Shown here piece after piece: positions 51,174 to 60,044 of a stretch of 64,000 bases of DNA. Position numbers and translations under genes: made by a program. The notes below the pieces were generated by a model. It did not search any database. It was given only the letters and a program-made list of their open reading frames with translations, and was not told the DNA's origin. Numbering within the stretch: the stretch's first letter is position 1; each line of letters opens with the position of its first letter. Origin of the DNA: Gammaproteobacteria bacterium (lineage in GTDB: Bacteria > Pseudomonadota > Gammaproteobacteria > Eutrophobiales > Eutrophobiaceae); assembly GCA_030829985.1 (NCBI GenBank), contig JAURNW010000013.1, positions 35,469 to 99,468 of the forward strand, read 5' to 3'.

Positions 51174-53027
51174 TTAAAGACCAAGACGCATACGCGTTTC
51201 ATCTGTAGGCACACCTTCCGGTGTCCAACCACGAAGCTGGTAATATTCTGGTAGCATTTGACCCAGATCGTTCACTCTGCCTTTTGCCGGGCCGGTTTTA
51301 GCAGCAATGTCTTTTAACAAACGTTTCGGTAATGTGTCGTCCATCGCCGTCAAGCCAGCTGCCAGATTAAATTCACGTTCCATATTCCAGATCCGTTCAC
51401 CGACTTCAAGACATCGCTCAGCACTCCAGTCACCTTCACAAGCGGCATCAATCTGTGGTGCGATATCTTCTAATGTCCATGCAAATGTGGTGAAAACACA
51501 TATCCCTGCAGAATCGACAACGGCGGTTGCATCCTGAAATGCTTTGACTAGCGCTGCCTTTCCTTCAGTAACCAGCGGATCAGTTTTTTCGGGGATGCCT
51601 AGAATCTCAGAGGCAACGGTATACCCTCTGAGGTGACACGCACCACGATTCGATGTGGCATAGGCTAAACCTATACCTTGAATACCGCGTGGGTCATAGG
51701 CCGGGAATTCCTGGCCTTTAACCGTCATTGAAAACTCGGGACGACCATATTTTTCACACAGTCTTTTTGAACCCATACCCAGATCTAGACCAAAGCCCTC
51801 GCCTTTCACGGTAACTTCGGTTGCCCAGACTAGCGCCTCAGCAGAACCAAATTTCAGTTCCATCCCACCGGTTTCTTTTACTGTAATGGCACCTTCTTCA
51901 AACAACTCCATCGCGGCAGCAATCGTCGCACCAAGTGAAATCGGATCAACCGCATCCTCGTTACAGAGAAAGTTAGCAAATGTAACCGCATCCAGATCAT
52001 CAACACCACAGTCAGTACCTAATGACCAGGCATTTTCAAATTCAAGTCCGCCAGAATTGCCCTGATATTGAGGTTTGTCTTTTACGGTAAAATGATTCTT
52101 GTCGACAGTGGAAATTCTTTGACAAGCTATGGTGCAACCAAAACACGCACCATTTGTGGTTAGATTAGCCTTACCATCACTTGCACGTACTTCTAGCATG
52201 GCTTCACCAGAAATTTTGCTCGCGCCGTCAAACTGAACTTCACGGTGATTATGGGTTGGTAATGCACCAACTTCGTTAATCACATTCATCAATACCTGAG
52301 TACCCAACGCGGGCAAACCTTCACCGGTAACCGCATTTTCAGCTAACACTTTTTTTCCATCTTCAGTTGCCTTGAAAAACTTTGCTGGGTCACTAATGCC
52401 ACCGACCCCTTTAGTCCCTCTGAGAACAACTGCTTTCACATTCTTGGATGCCATAACGGTGCCCACGCCAGAGCGTCCAGCAGCTCTATGCAGATCATTA
52501 ACTATGGCAGAAAACAAACAACCTTTTTCAGCAGCACGACCAACCACTGCAATACGCAACATTGGGTCCTGATGTTTACTGTGAATTAATTCGTCGGTTT
52601 CCCAGGCAGATTTACCCCACAGGTCATCCGCAGGTATCAGTTCGGCCTTATCATTCTCTATGTACAAATAAACAGGTGTTGGCGATTTACCTTCCAGGAT
52701 AATCATATCCCAGCCTGCGTTTTTCATCTCATTGCCAAAATAGCCACCCGAATTGGAACAAGCTATTGCGCCTGTCAAAGGGCTTTTCGTTACCACGGAA
52801 TACCGCCCTGCAGTTGACGCCATCGTGCCCGTCAACGGCCCCGTTGTCATGATCATCTTGTTTTCAGGACTGAGAGCATCACATTTAGGATCGATTTCTT
52901 CTACAAGATATTTTGTTGCCAGACCGCGCTGCCCGAGATAATCATTTGCCCATTGCATATTCAGAGGTTCATGTGTAATTGAGCCATTGCTTAAGTTCAC
53001 ACGTAATACATTTCTAGTCCAAGACAT
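51174..53027 (-). CDS. aor: Tungsten-type aldehyde:ferredoxin oxidoreductase catalytic subunit (AorB-like)
   Basis: KSPLTG, SNSGG, AAGRSGVG, CFGCTIAC, YDPRG, RGACH, DSAGIC and YYQLRGW motifs. Confidence 0.92.
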   Translation of the reverse strand: MSWTRNVLRVNLSNGSITHEPLNMQWANDYLGQRGLATKYLVEEIDPKCDALSPENKMIMTTGPLTGTMASTAGRYSVVTKSPLTGAIACSNSGGYFGNEMKNAGWDMIILEGKSPTPVYLYIENDKAELIPADDLWGKSAWETDELIHSKHQDPMLRIAVVGRAAEKGCLFSAIVNDLHRAAGRSGVGTVMASKNVKAVVLRGTKGVGGISDPAKFFKATEDGKKVLAENAVTGEGLPALGTQVLMNVINEVGALPTHNHREVQFDGASKISGEAMLEVRASDGKANLTTNGACFGCTIACQRISTVDKNHFTVKDKPQYQGNSGGLEFENAWSLGTDCGVDDLDAVTFANFLCNEDAVDPISLGATIAAAMELFEEGAITVKETGGMELKFGSAEALVWATEVTVKGEGFGLDLGMGSKRLCEKYGRPEFSMTVKGQEFPAYDPRGIQGIGLAYATSNRGACHLRGYTVASEILGIPEKTDPLVTEGKAALVKAFQDATAVVDSAGICVFTTFAWTLEDIAPQIDAACEGDWSAERCLEVGERIWNMEREFNLAAGLTAMDDTLPKRLLKDIAAKTGPAKGRVNDLGQMLPEYYQLRGWTPEGVPTDETRMRLGL

Positions 53028-53038
53028 TTCTAATTCTC

Positions 53039-53518
53039 CTAGGTTTGCGCGCTATCTTGTGGAAGGTTTTGTGCTGCATGCGCACGCATTCTTTCCAGAC
53101 CACCGTGGTCAGAATCCACATAGGTAATCGCCTGAGTAGGACATGCCTTGGCACATTCAGGGTCTCCACCGCACAAATCACATTTGTACACTGTACCGGC
53201 ATCCTGATTGTAATTGACTGTTCCGAATGGACAGGCAATTGTGCAGACTTTACAGCCGACACAGATGTCATCTATAACCTCTTTTGCTCCGGTAGCTTCG
53301 TTAAGAACAATAGCTTCCACAGGACATGCATGCATGCACCATGCTTCTGTGCATTGTGTACATGTATATGGTACAAAACGTCCTTCTTCATGAAATGAGA
53401 ATATTTTTATACGTGATTTAGATGGGTTAAAGACCCCTTCAGCCTGGTAGGAACACGCCATTTCACATTGCAGACAACCGGTACATTTTTCCGGCTCGAT
53501 CTGTAAAGATCTCAGCAT
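53039..53518 (-). CDS. 4x[4Fe-4S] electron-transfer subunit (AorA-like)
   Basis: CTGCLQCEMAC, CTQC..C..CP, CVGCKVCTIACP and KCDLC..C..CP, plus a C-terminal helical extension. Confidence 0.9.
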   Translation of the reverse strand: MLRSLQIEPEKCTGCLQCEMACSYQAEGVFNPSKSRIKIFSFHEEGRFVPYTCTQCTEAWCMHACPVEAIVLNEATGAKEVIDDICVGCKVCTIACPFGTVNYNQDAGTVYKCDLCGGDPECAKACPTQAITYVDSDHGGLERMRAHAAQNLPQDSAQT

Positions 53519-53709
53519 TTGAATACCCCTCTAGTTACTTAATTCTTGGTTAGGATTCTTAATGATCCACTATCATGCTAATTTTTATAGTTCTATCTAT
53601 TTTTTTAAAATAGAACCCTTAATCATCTCTGTGAATTATAAACACAATTTATGAGGATATCACCTATCGGTGTTTTTCCATATATCGTATTTTTTCAATG
53701 AAATTAAAA

Positions 53710-53726
53710 TGATGCAAAATGCAACA
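53710..53726. promoter_or_regulatory. Palindromic operator between aorA and its divergent regulator
   Basis: TGATGCA-AAA-TGCAACA; shares an exact 14-mer with TGTAGCA-AAA-TGCAACA at 40825-40841. Confidence 0.5.
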
Positions 53727-53872
53727 CCGCCTAAACAACAGGCTATTAACAAGCATACTAATTATATTACTAGTAAATTTGCTATTTTTAACCATAATAG
53801 TCTTATGTAAGACGGTTTATTTAAGCAAAAGACTCGATCTATTATTGATATACAGAATCAAATGAGCAACCA

Positions 53873-55030
53873 ATGTCTACGCTGGAAACAATAAAAAAAA
53901 CCATTCCAAACAGTACACATACCTCACAACGCGCAGTCGCCGCAAGTTGGGAAAAATTTGTTGGTACCGGGGAATTAAACCATAAAGGCTTACGTCCTGT
54001 GATCGCAGACAGCTGGTTACGTTGTCGTGAGTTATCAATAAACCCATTCAAAAACCGCGTACAAACAAGTATCACAGAAGAAGAGATAGAAGCACGACTT
54101 CACTCAGAAAATCTTGGTATTTCAGGTAAAAATGTCCTCGACAAAATGTCAAGTTCAGTTGAAGGCACTGGACATGCAATCATTCTTGCCGACAGTGGTG
54201 GCAGAATCTTATATTCCGTAGGTCATGATGGCATCAGGGACAGTTTGGAAAAGATAAATTTCAGACCGGGTAGTGACTGGAATGAAGATGTTGCTGGACC
54301 CAACGGTATTGGCACACCAATAGCACTCGGACACCCCGAATTGGTTCTGGGCGCCGAACATTATTGTAGAGGTTGGCAACCCTGGGTATGTTATGGCGCA
54401 CCCATTCATAACCCGCATAATAACTCAATCCTTGGATGTATCGACATTACTGGTCCTGCAGACAAAGTCTGTATTGAAGCAATGGCTCTGGCGATGTCTA
54501 TAACACAAACTATTGAGTCCGAATTGTGTGTGATTCAACTCAGAAATCGTGAAAAATTACGATTAGCCTATTGCGATATACAAATAAACTGGCCAAATGA
54601 AGCTTCTTTTGTAGTCGATGAGCACGGGTTTATTATTGATATAAACTCGCATGCAAACATCTTGTTTAATACTCCATCATCTTTAATTAATTTGCCCGTA
54701 ATAAAAACATTCCCCAACCTCATTCCGTTAATTGAAGAATGCTTTACTGATAATACTGAAAAAGAATTTGAAATAGACCTTGAAAAAACACTTATTGGTA
54801 CAACACGACTGCTGTTAAAACCGATTATGATAGAGGGAAAAAAATTAGGGTGCTTCATAATGGTTATTGGAGGAAATAATATTATCAACAACTTTACCAG
54901 TCTACGTTCACAAGAAGATGATTTGATAAAAAATACCCTCATAAAAACTAATAATAATATAAGTAAAGCGGCAAAGATCTTGAACATAGATCGGACAACA
55001 ATATATCGTCGACGCAAAATCTGGCAATAA
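53873..55030 (+). CDS. GAF/PAS-like plus Fis HTH regulator lacking the sigma-54 AAA+ domain
   Basis: IADSWLRC, GPNGIGT, EHYC and DITG GAF motifs; NNNISKAAKILNIDRTTIYRR HTH; no Walker A or GAFTGA. Confidence 0.82.
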   Translation: MSTLETIKKTIPNSTHTSQRAVAASWEKFVGTGELNHKGLRPVIADSWLRCRELSINPFKNRVQTSITEEEIEARLHSENLGISGKNVLDKMSSSVEGTGHAIILADSGGRILYSVGHDGIRDSLEKINFRPGSDWNEDVAGPNGIGTPIALGHPELVLGAEHYCRGWQPWVCYGAPIHNPHNNSILGCIDITGPADKVCIEAMALAMSITQTIESELCVIQLRNREKLRLAYCDIQINWPNEASFVVDEHGFIIDINSHANILFNTPSSLINLPVIKTFPNLIPLIEECFTDNTEKEFEIDLEKTLIGTTRLLLKPIMIEGKKLGCFIMVIGGNNIINNFTSLRSQEDDLIKNTLIKTNNNISKAAKILNIDRTTIYRRRKIWQ

Positions 55031-55244
55031 TACAGACAGTACTACAAACTTATTTCTCCCGAAATTAATAATCAGTCAATTTTCCTATCCTATTTCAATG
55101 GAATTTATTTTATATTCTATTGTCAGAATGTTTAGTTACTTCGGCTATTCAAAAAATCACCTAACTTACTGAACATTCGATTAGAAAATTTCACTATTTA
55201 TTTGTAGGACAAACAAAAATTTATAACTATCGGTAACAATAATT

Positions 55245-56060
55245 ATGTTGAAAAAAAATATCATTAGAATACTTGCCAGCATTAGTGTAGTGCTGTTGAT
55301 GACCAATACTACATTTGCAGAAGTCATTGAGGTTAGCTTTGTCTATGTTGGCAAAAGTGACCATAGTGCCTTACTAGGCGCACAACAAGGAATTGAAGAA
55401 GCAAACTTACAAGGTCAGTTTCTAAATCAAAAATATAATCTTGAAGTTATATCGCCAAGCGATATTGCAACGTTTGATTTTTCTAACTACATAGCAGTTC
55501 TGACCGCTGTTGATATTGATACATTTACATTACTCAGCGAAAAATTACCCAATGTCCCAGTCTTTAATTTAACCATTGATGATGACAATTTAAGAACTTC
55601 ATGCATAAAAAATGCGTTAAATGTAATTCCAAGTAAGCAAATGAAACAAGATGCCATTAAACAATGGTTAAAAAAGACCCCTGAATCACATGCAACTGCA
55701 CATGCATGGCATCCTGATTTTGTGAAGTTTGCCGCACGAGATCTCAACAAAAGATTTAAAAAAACGCATAACGTTGAAATGGATGATTTCTCCTGGGCCG
55801 GATGGGCAGCGGTTAAAATGACCTCAGATACAGTAGCAAGAACAAACTTTACTGATCAGACAAAAATCCTGGATTATCTAAAGACAAAACTACTTTTTGA
55901 TGGTCAGAAAGGAAGTGATATGAACTTCAGAGAAACAGGCCAATTACGACAACCGATCTTATTGGTTGAGGACAAAAAAATTGTTGCTGAAGCACCAATT
56001 CGGGGCATTGCCAAACCACCAACATTAGATAGCTTAGGAGCATTAAGCTGTAAAAAATAG
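55245..56060 (+). CDS. PQQ-catabolism-associated ABC-type substrate-binding protein (short form)
   Basis: GIEEANLQGQFL, AWH....AARDLNKRF, WAAVK and GQKG..FR..GQLRQPILL motifs; signal peptide. Confidence 0.75.
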   Translation: MLKKNIIRILASISVVLLMTNTTFAEVIEVSFVYVGKSDHSALLGAQQGIEEANLQGQFLNQKYNLEVISPSDIATFDFSNYIAVLTAVDIDTFTLLSEKLPNVPVFNLTIDDDNLRTSCIKNALNVIPSKQMKQDAIKQWLKKTPESHATAHAWHPDFVKFAARDLNKRFKKTHNVEMDDFSWAGWAAVKMTSDTVARTNFTDQTKILDYLKTKLLFDGQKGSDMNFRETGQLRQPILLVEDKKIVAEAPIRGIAKPPTLDSLGALSCKK

Positions 56061-56099
56061 TCTATTAATTATAAGAATTTAACTATCAGGAGTTTAATC

Positions 56100-57050
56100 A
56101 TGAAATTATATTTGGCACCACTGTTATTATTATTTACCTTCAATGCTACTGCTGCTGAACTTACCGGGCGCATATTTGTTACAAACGAGCGATCCAATAC
56201 TGTTTCCGTCATTAGTAGTAGTACATTGGACGTTGAAGCAACTATAGATATAGGTGAACGGCCAAGAGGCATTGGTCTCTCTCCAGATGGAAGTGAACTG
56301 TATGTCGCTGTTAGCGAAGAAAATAAGATTAAAGTTGTTGATCCATCATCACTCAAGATATTGAGAGAATTTGATGCAGGCTCTGATCCGGAAACATTTG
56401 CGGTACATCCTAATGGAAACATCTATATCTCTAATGAAGATGATGCCAAGGCAAGTGTCTTTAACCCTAAGACTGGAGAGCAAGTAGCGGCTATACAAGT
56501 CGGTTTAGAACCAGAGGGCGTTGCAATATCTCCCGATGGGAAACGCGTCATTGTTACCAGTGAATCAACCAACATGCTGCATGTTATAAAAGCACCTGAA
56601 AATATAATTGAAAGTAATATTCTGGTTGGTTCTCGTCCACGAGCAGCCACTTTCACACAAGCAGGTAATATTGCCTATGCCACTGCGGAAATTAGTGGCG
56701 AAGTCGTTAAAGTGGATGTGGACAGTGGCAAGATTTTAAAAATAGGAAGCACCGGTGATAGCAAATCAAAACCAAAGGATGTTGTTTTAAGCAAAGATGA
56801 ATCAACTATTTATGTCGCTGGCGGCAGGGCGAACAAGGTTGTGGTGATGGATGCTGATACGCTTGAAATCATAAAAGGCATTCCAGTCGGCAAACGTGTT
56901 TGGGGACTGGCCATAAGTAAAGATGGAAAACGCATATTCACTACCGATGGTGTCAGTGGAACTGTATCTGTTATCGATACAGAACAGAATGAAGTCATTA
57001 AAACCATTAACGTTGGTGAATTCCCATGGGGAGTCATCATTAACGATTAA
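56100..57050 (+). CDS. PQQ-catabolism-associated YVTN beta-propeller protein
   Basis: FVTNE, RPRGIGLSPDG, DPETFA, YISNEDD, VGLEPEG and VG.FPWG repeats. Confidence 0.88.
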   Translation: MKLYLAPLLLLFTFNATAAELTGRIFVTNERSNTVSVISSSTLDVEATIDIGERPRGIGLSPDGSELYVAVSEENKIKVVDPSSLKILREFDAGSDPETFAVHPNGNIYISNEDDAKASVFNPKTGEQVAAIQVGLEPEGVAISPDGKRVIVTSESTNMLHVIKAPENIIESNILVGSRPRAATFTQAGNIAYATAEISGEVVKVDVDSGKILKIGSTGDSKSKPKDVVLSKDESTIYVAGGRANKVVVMDADTLEIIKGIPVGKRVWGLAISKDGKRIFTTDGVSGTVSVIDTEQNEVIKTINVGEFPWGVIIND

Positions 57051-57059
57051 CAACTAAAT

Positions 57060-57093
57060 TAACGGGACAGATAGACTTTAATCTGTCCCGTTA
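57060..57093. terminator. Bidirectional terminator between convergent genes
   Basis: TAACGGGACAGAT...ATCTGTCCCGTTA, a 13-bp stem. Confidence 0.8.
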
Positions 57094-57106
57094 GTTATTA
57101 TTATAT

Positions 57107-57748
57107 TCATGCCTGAATAATATTATACCGGATAGCAATGCGCGCAATATCGGCAACAGTTGTAACATCGAGTTTATTCTTGATCTGTGTACTATAATTA
57201 GCAACCGTCTTGTAACTCAAGGATAAGCGCTTGGCAATCTCACTGGTATTTGAGCCTTCAGCCAACATACAAAATATTTCAAATTCACGTGTAGATAGAT
57301 CTGACAATAAAGAATCTTGTCCTCTAGACTTTTCATAAGCTAATCTTTGTGCAACTTCGGTATCTATATATTTTCCTCCTTTTGATAGAACTGATATAGC
57401 ATCTACCAGCAACTGAGGATCAGTGCTTTTCGTTATGTAGCCATTTGCCCCCGCCTGTAATGCCTGTTCTACAAAGATATTTTCTTCATGCATACTGAAA
57501 ACAAGAATTTTAGCCTTACTGTCACGCAAACAAATCCGCTTGATTGTATCTATACCTCCTATCCCGGGTAAAGATAGATCCATAACTACTACATCAGGTT
57601 TGTGATTACAATATAATTGATAAGCTTCTTCGCCATTACTCGCTTCCGCAATAACTTCTATCTCTGGTGAATTTTTCAACAACATTTGATAACCCGCACG
57701 AACGACAGCATGATCATCAACCAACATTACTTTAATCATTTCATTCAT
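57107..57748 (-). CDS. NarL/LuxR family response regulator (PedR2/MxcE-like)
   Basis: LVDDHAVVR, VMDLSLPG, GYITK and LSTREFEI..KTVANY motifs. Confidence 0.9.
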   Translation of the reverse strand: MNEMIKVMLVDDHAVVRAGYQMLLKNSPEIEVIAEASNGEEAYQLYCNHKPDVVVMDLSLPGIGGIDTIKRICLRDSKAKILVFSMHEENIFVEQALQAGANGYITKSTDPQLLVDAISVLSKGGKYIDTEVAQRLAYEKSRGQDSLLSDLSTREFEIFCMLAEGSNTSEIAKRLSLSYKTVANYSTQIKNKLDVTTVADIARIAIRYNIIQA

Positions 57749-57759
57749 AGCTCCATCGT

Positions 57760-59097
57760 TCATGAATTTAGTGGTATACGGATATTTATGTCTATTCCAC
57801 ACTTACTTTCACTCGTGAGTTCAAAGCTCCCGTTATTCATCCCTACCCTTTTCTTCATGCCAGACAAACCTAAACCCATCACCATATTCTCTTTATCAAT
57901 TCCGATACCATCGTCCTGGATTTTTAAAATTATATAGTCTGACCCCGATTCAGTAACCTTATTCATTGTTACTAAAACATTAGTGGCTGATGAGTGTCTT
58001 AGGGCGTTTGTTAAACTTTCCTGAATGATTCTAAATAGATTGATATTTAACGACTCTGACAACCCGTCAGGTATATCTGAAAACGAAAAATGACAAAAAA
58101 TATCATCTTGCCTGCTATTCCAATCATCAATCATTGTTTGCAAAGCCTTAATCAGACCAAATTCATCCAGCACTGATGGACGTAAGCGATGCATCATATT
58201 TTTAGCCACTTGATAGATATGATCTGAATATTCAATAATTGTCTTTACACTGGATTTAATATGATTTTCGTCAGACTTTTGATTATTCATAATAGCAGCC
58301 GCAACTGCTTTAATTGCAGCAATCGTTTGTCCTAATTCATCGTGTAGTTCTTGTGCCAGGTGGCGCCGCTCTTCTTCCTGAATTTCCAGCGAGCGTTGTG
58401 TTAGTGACTGATTTTTAGCCTTACTTTCCGATAAGACTTTCGCCATATGATTAAATTGTTGTGATATTCGATCAAGTTCAGGCAATCGAAAACGTGGCAA
58501 CTCTAATTGATAATTTCCTTTTTGAATATCAGACAAGCCTGATAATATTATATCGATTGGAGCTAAATACTTGCCTATAACCAAATACAACATCGAATTC
58601 GCAAGAACAATAAAGATTAACAGAAAAGCCAATACCCCCCTTACTTCAACCCAGTTTTCATCAATCTCATCTGCAGGATCAGCACGGATAAGTATACCTG
58701 TTGGAGGAATTGCCGGGTTATAGATCCAATGTCTGATTTCAGTTGGCGGTGGTTGTACAAGCTTTACAAACCAGTCCGGAGCACTAGTAGCATTTAGTGA
58801 AGTAAATTCTTCAATCGGCACTAACACGTCATTCGAATTATATATATCGATGTGTAGATGACGCGTCTCATCTAATTCTGATAGCTTCTTTATAAGCTGT
58901 TTTTGCTCATTTTCATCGGATTCCAATGTTGCCGAGGAGAAGGCAATCTGGATTAGATTCAGCGCCAGTTCTGCTGTTGATTCAACTTCATGCTGTACAG
59001 AATTACGTGCGTTAGCAATAATATAAAAACTACTGCTAATAAACAGGCTAATGAATAACAATGTTATAAGAAAATTAAGCCTGACTCTAAGGCTCAT
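57760..59097 (-). CDS. Membrane sensor histidine kinase (PedS2/MxcQ-like; HAMP, HisKA_3)
   Basis: MSLRVRLN TM, periplasmic RHL..APDWF, HAMP, QEEERRHLAQELHDELGQ, QESLTNALRHS and DDGIG. Confidence 0.88.
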   Translation of the reverse strand: MSLRVRLNFLITLLFISLFISSSFYIIANARNSVQHEVESTAELALNLIQIAFSSATLESDENEQKQLIKKLSELDETRHLHIDIYNSNDVLVPIEEFTSLNATSAPDWFVKLVQPPPTEIRHWIYNPAIPPTGILIRADPADEIDENWVEVRGVLAFLLIFIVLANSMLYLVIGKYLAPIDIILSGLSDIQKGNYQLELPRFRLPELDRISQQFNHMAKVLSESKAKNQSLTQRSLEIQEEERRHLAQELHDELGQTIAAIKAVAAAIMNNQKSDENHIKSSVKTIIEYSDHIYQVAKNMMHRLRPSVLDEFGLIKALQTMIDDWNSRQDDIFCHFSFSDIPDGLSESLNINLFRIIQESLTNALRHSSATNVLVTMNKVTESGSDYIILKIQDDGIGIDKENMVMGLGLSGMKKRVGMNNGSFELTSESKCGIDINIRIPLNS

Positions 59098-59267
59098 TGA
59101 TATTTTAACCTCTTCATTTATGATTCCAGAACTTATGCAGATTTATAGCACTAACTATAGTAATAAAACTAACTATATAAAATATTATGTTCTTAGGGTA
59201 AATTATGAATCTACAGCACAGTTTAAAATTATTCAGTAACTATTTAATCAATTAGGAAAAACTCCTG

Positions 59268-60044
59268 ATGGGAAAACAATACCAGCTTTCAGTTATAATC
59301 GTTATTCTGCTTTTGGCGGGTTATAACACTTCATCCGCTGAAATCACATCTCTTGAGGCAGCAATCGAAACTAAAATGCAGGCTCAGAAAGATGTTGTAA
59401 AATCGCAGGCAAAAGTCGACAAATTAGTCGAACAAACTGCCGATATGGTCGAGAAATATCGCGATATTATTGAAAAGACAGACAGTCTTGAAACATATAA
59501 TGTTCAGCTATCAAAACTCGTCAAACAACAGAAAGTATCGTTAAGTTCAATTAAACGTCAACTTGACAATGTTGAAGAGACTCAACGCAGCATTGTCCCA
59601 TTTATGATCAAGATGATTGATACTCTCGATAAATTTGTAATGCTTGATTTGCCATTCCTGACACAGGAGCGACAACAACGTGTCGCCGATTTAAAAACTA
59701 TCATGGACCGTCCAGATGTCAGCTTGCCTGAGAAATACCGTCGTATTATGGAAGCCTACCAAATCGAAATGGAATATGGACGAACCATTGAAACCTACAC
59801 AGACGCGGTCAAGATAGATGGTCAGGAATATACCGTTGATATTTTACGAGTTGGCCGATTACTAATTAGTTTTCAATCATTAGATGGGGAATTAAGTGGG
59901 CTCTGGAATAAAGAATCAAATATGTGGGAAAAATTATCATCTGAATATGACCGTTCCATCAAGCAAGGGATTCAAATTGCGAAAAAGCAGGCTCCACCTG
60001 AATTAATAAAACTACCCATCGATGTCACAGGTAAAAGAAAATGA
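59268..60044 (+). CDS. DUF3450 family protein (TonB2 system TtpB-like)
   Basis: Signal peptide, coiled coil, LDLPF..ER, EKYRRIMEAYQIE.EYG and LRVGR motifs. Confidence 0.85.
   Translation: MGKQYQLSVIIVILLLAGYNTSSAEITSLEAAIETKMQAQKDVVKSQAKVDKLVEQTADMVEKYRDIIEKTDSLETYNVQLSKLVKQQKVSLSSIKRQLDNVEETQRSIVPFMIKMIDTLDKFVMLDLPFLTQERQQRVADLKTIMDRPDVSLPEKYRRIMEAYQIEMEYGRTIETYTDAVKIDGQEYTVDILRVGRLLISFQSLDGELSGLWNKESNMWEKLSSEYDRSIKQGIQIAKKQAPPELIKLPIDVTGKRK

Noticed and set aside
53740-53755. Sigma-54 promoter in the aorA-regulator intergenic region
   Set aside because: AGGCTATTAACAAGCA has GG-N10-GC spacing but poor flanking consensus and points away from aorA; the minus-strand candidate near 53781-53793 has 9-nt spacing.
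59252-59268. NarL-type operator TTAGGA-N5-TCCTGA before the TonB operon
   Set aside because: It overlaps the RBS, and the only similar sites near 55080 and 55182 are weak, so it is not distinguishable from chance in AT-rich DNA.
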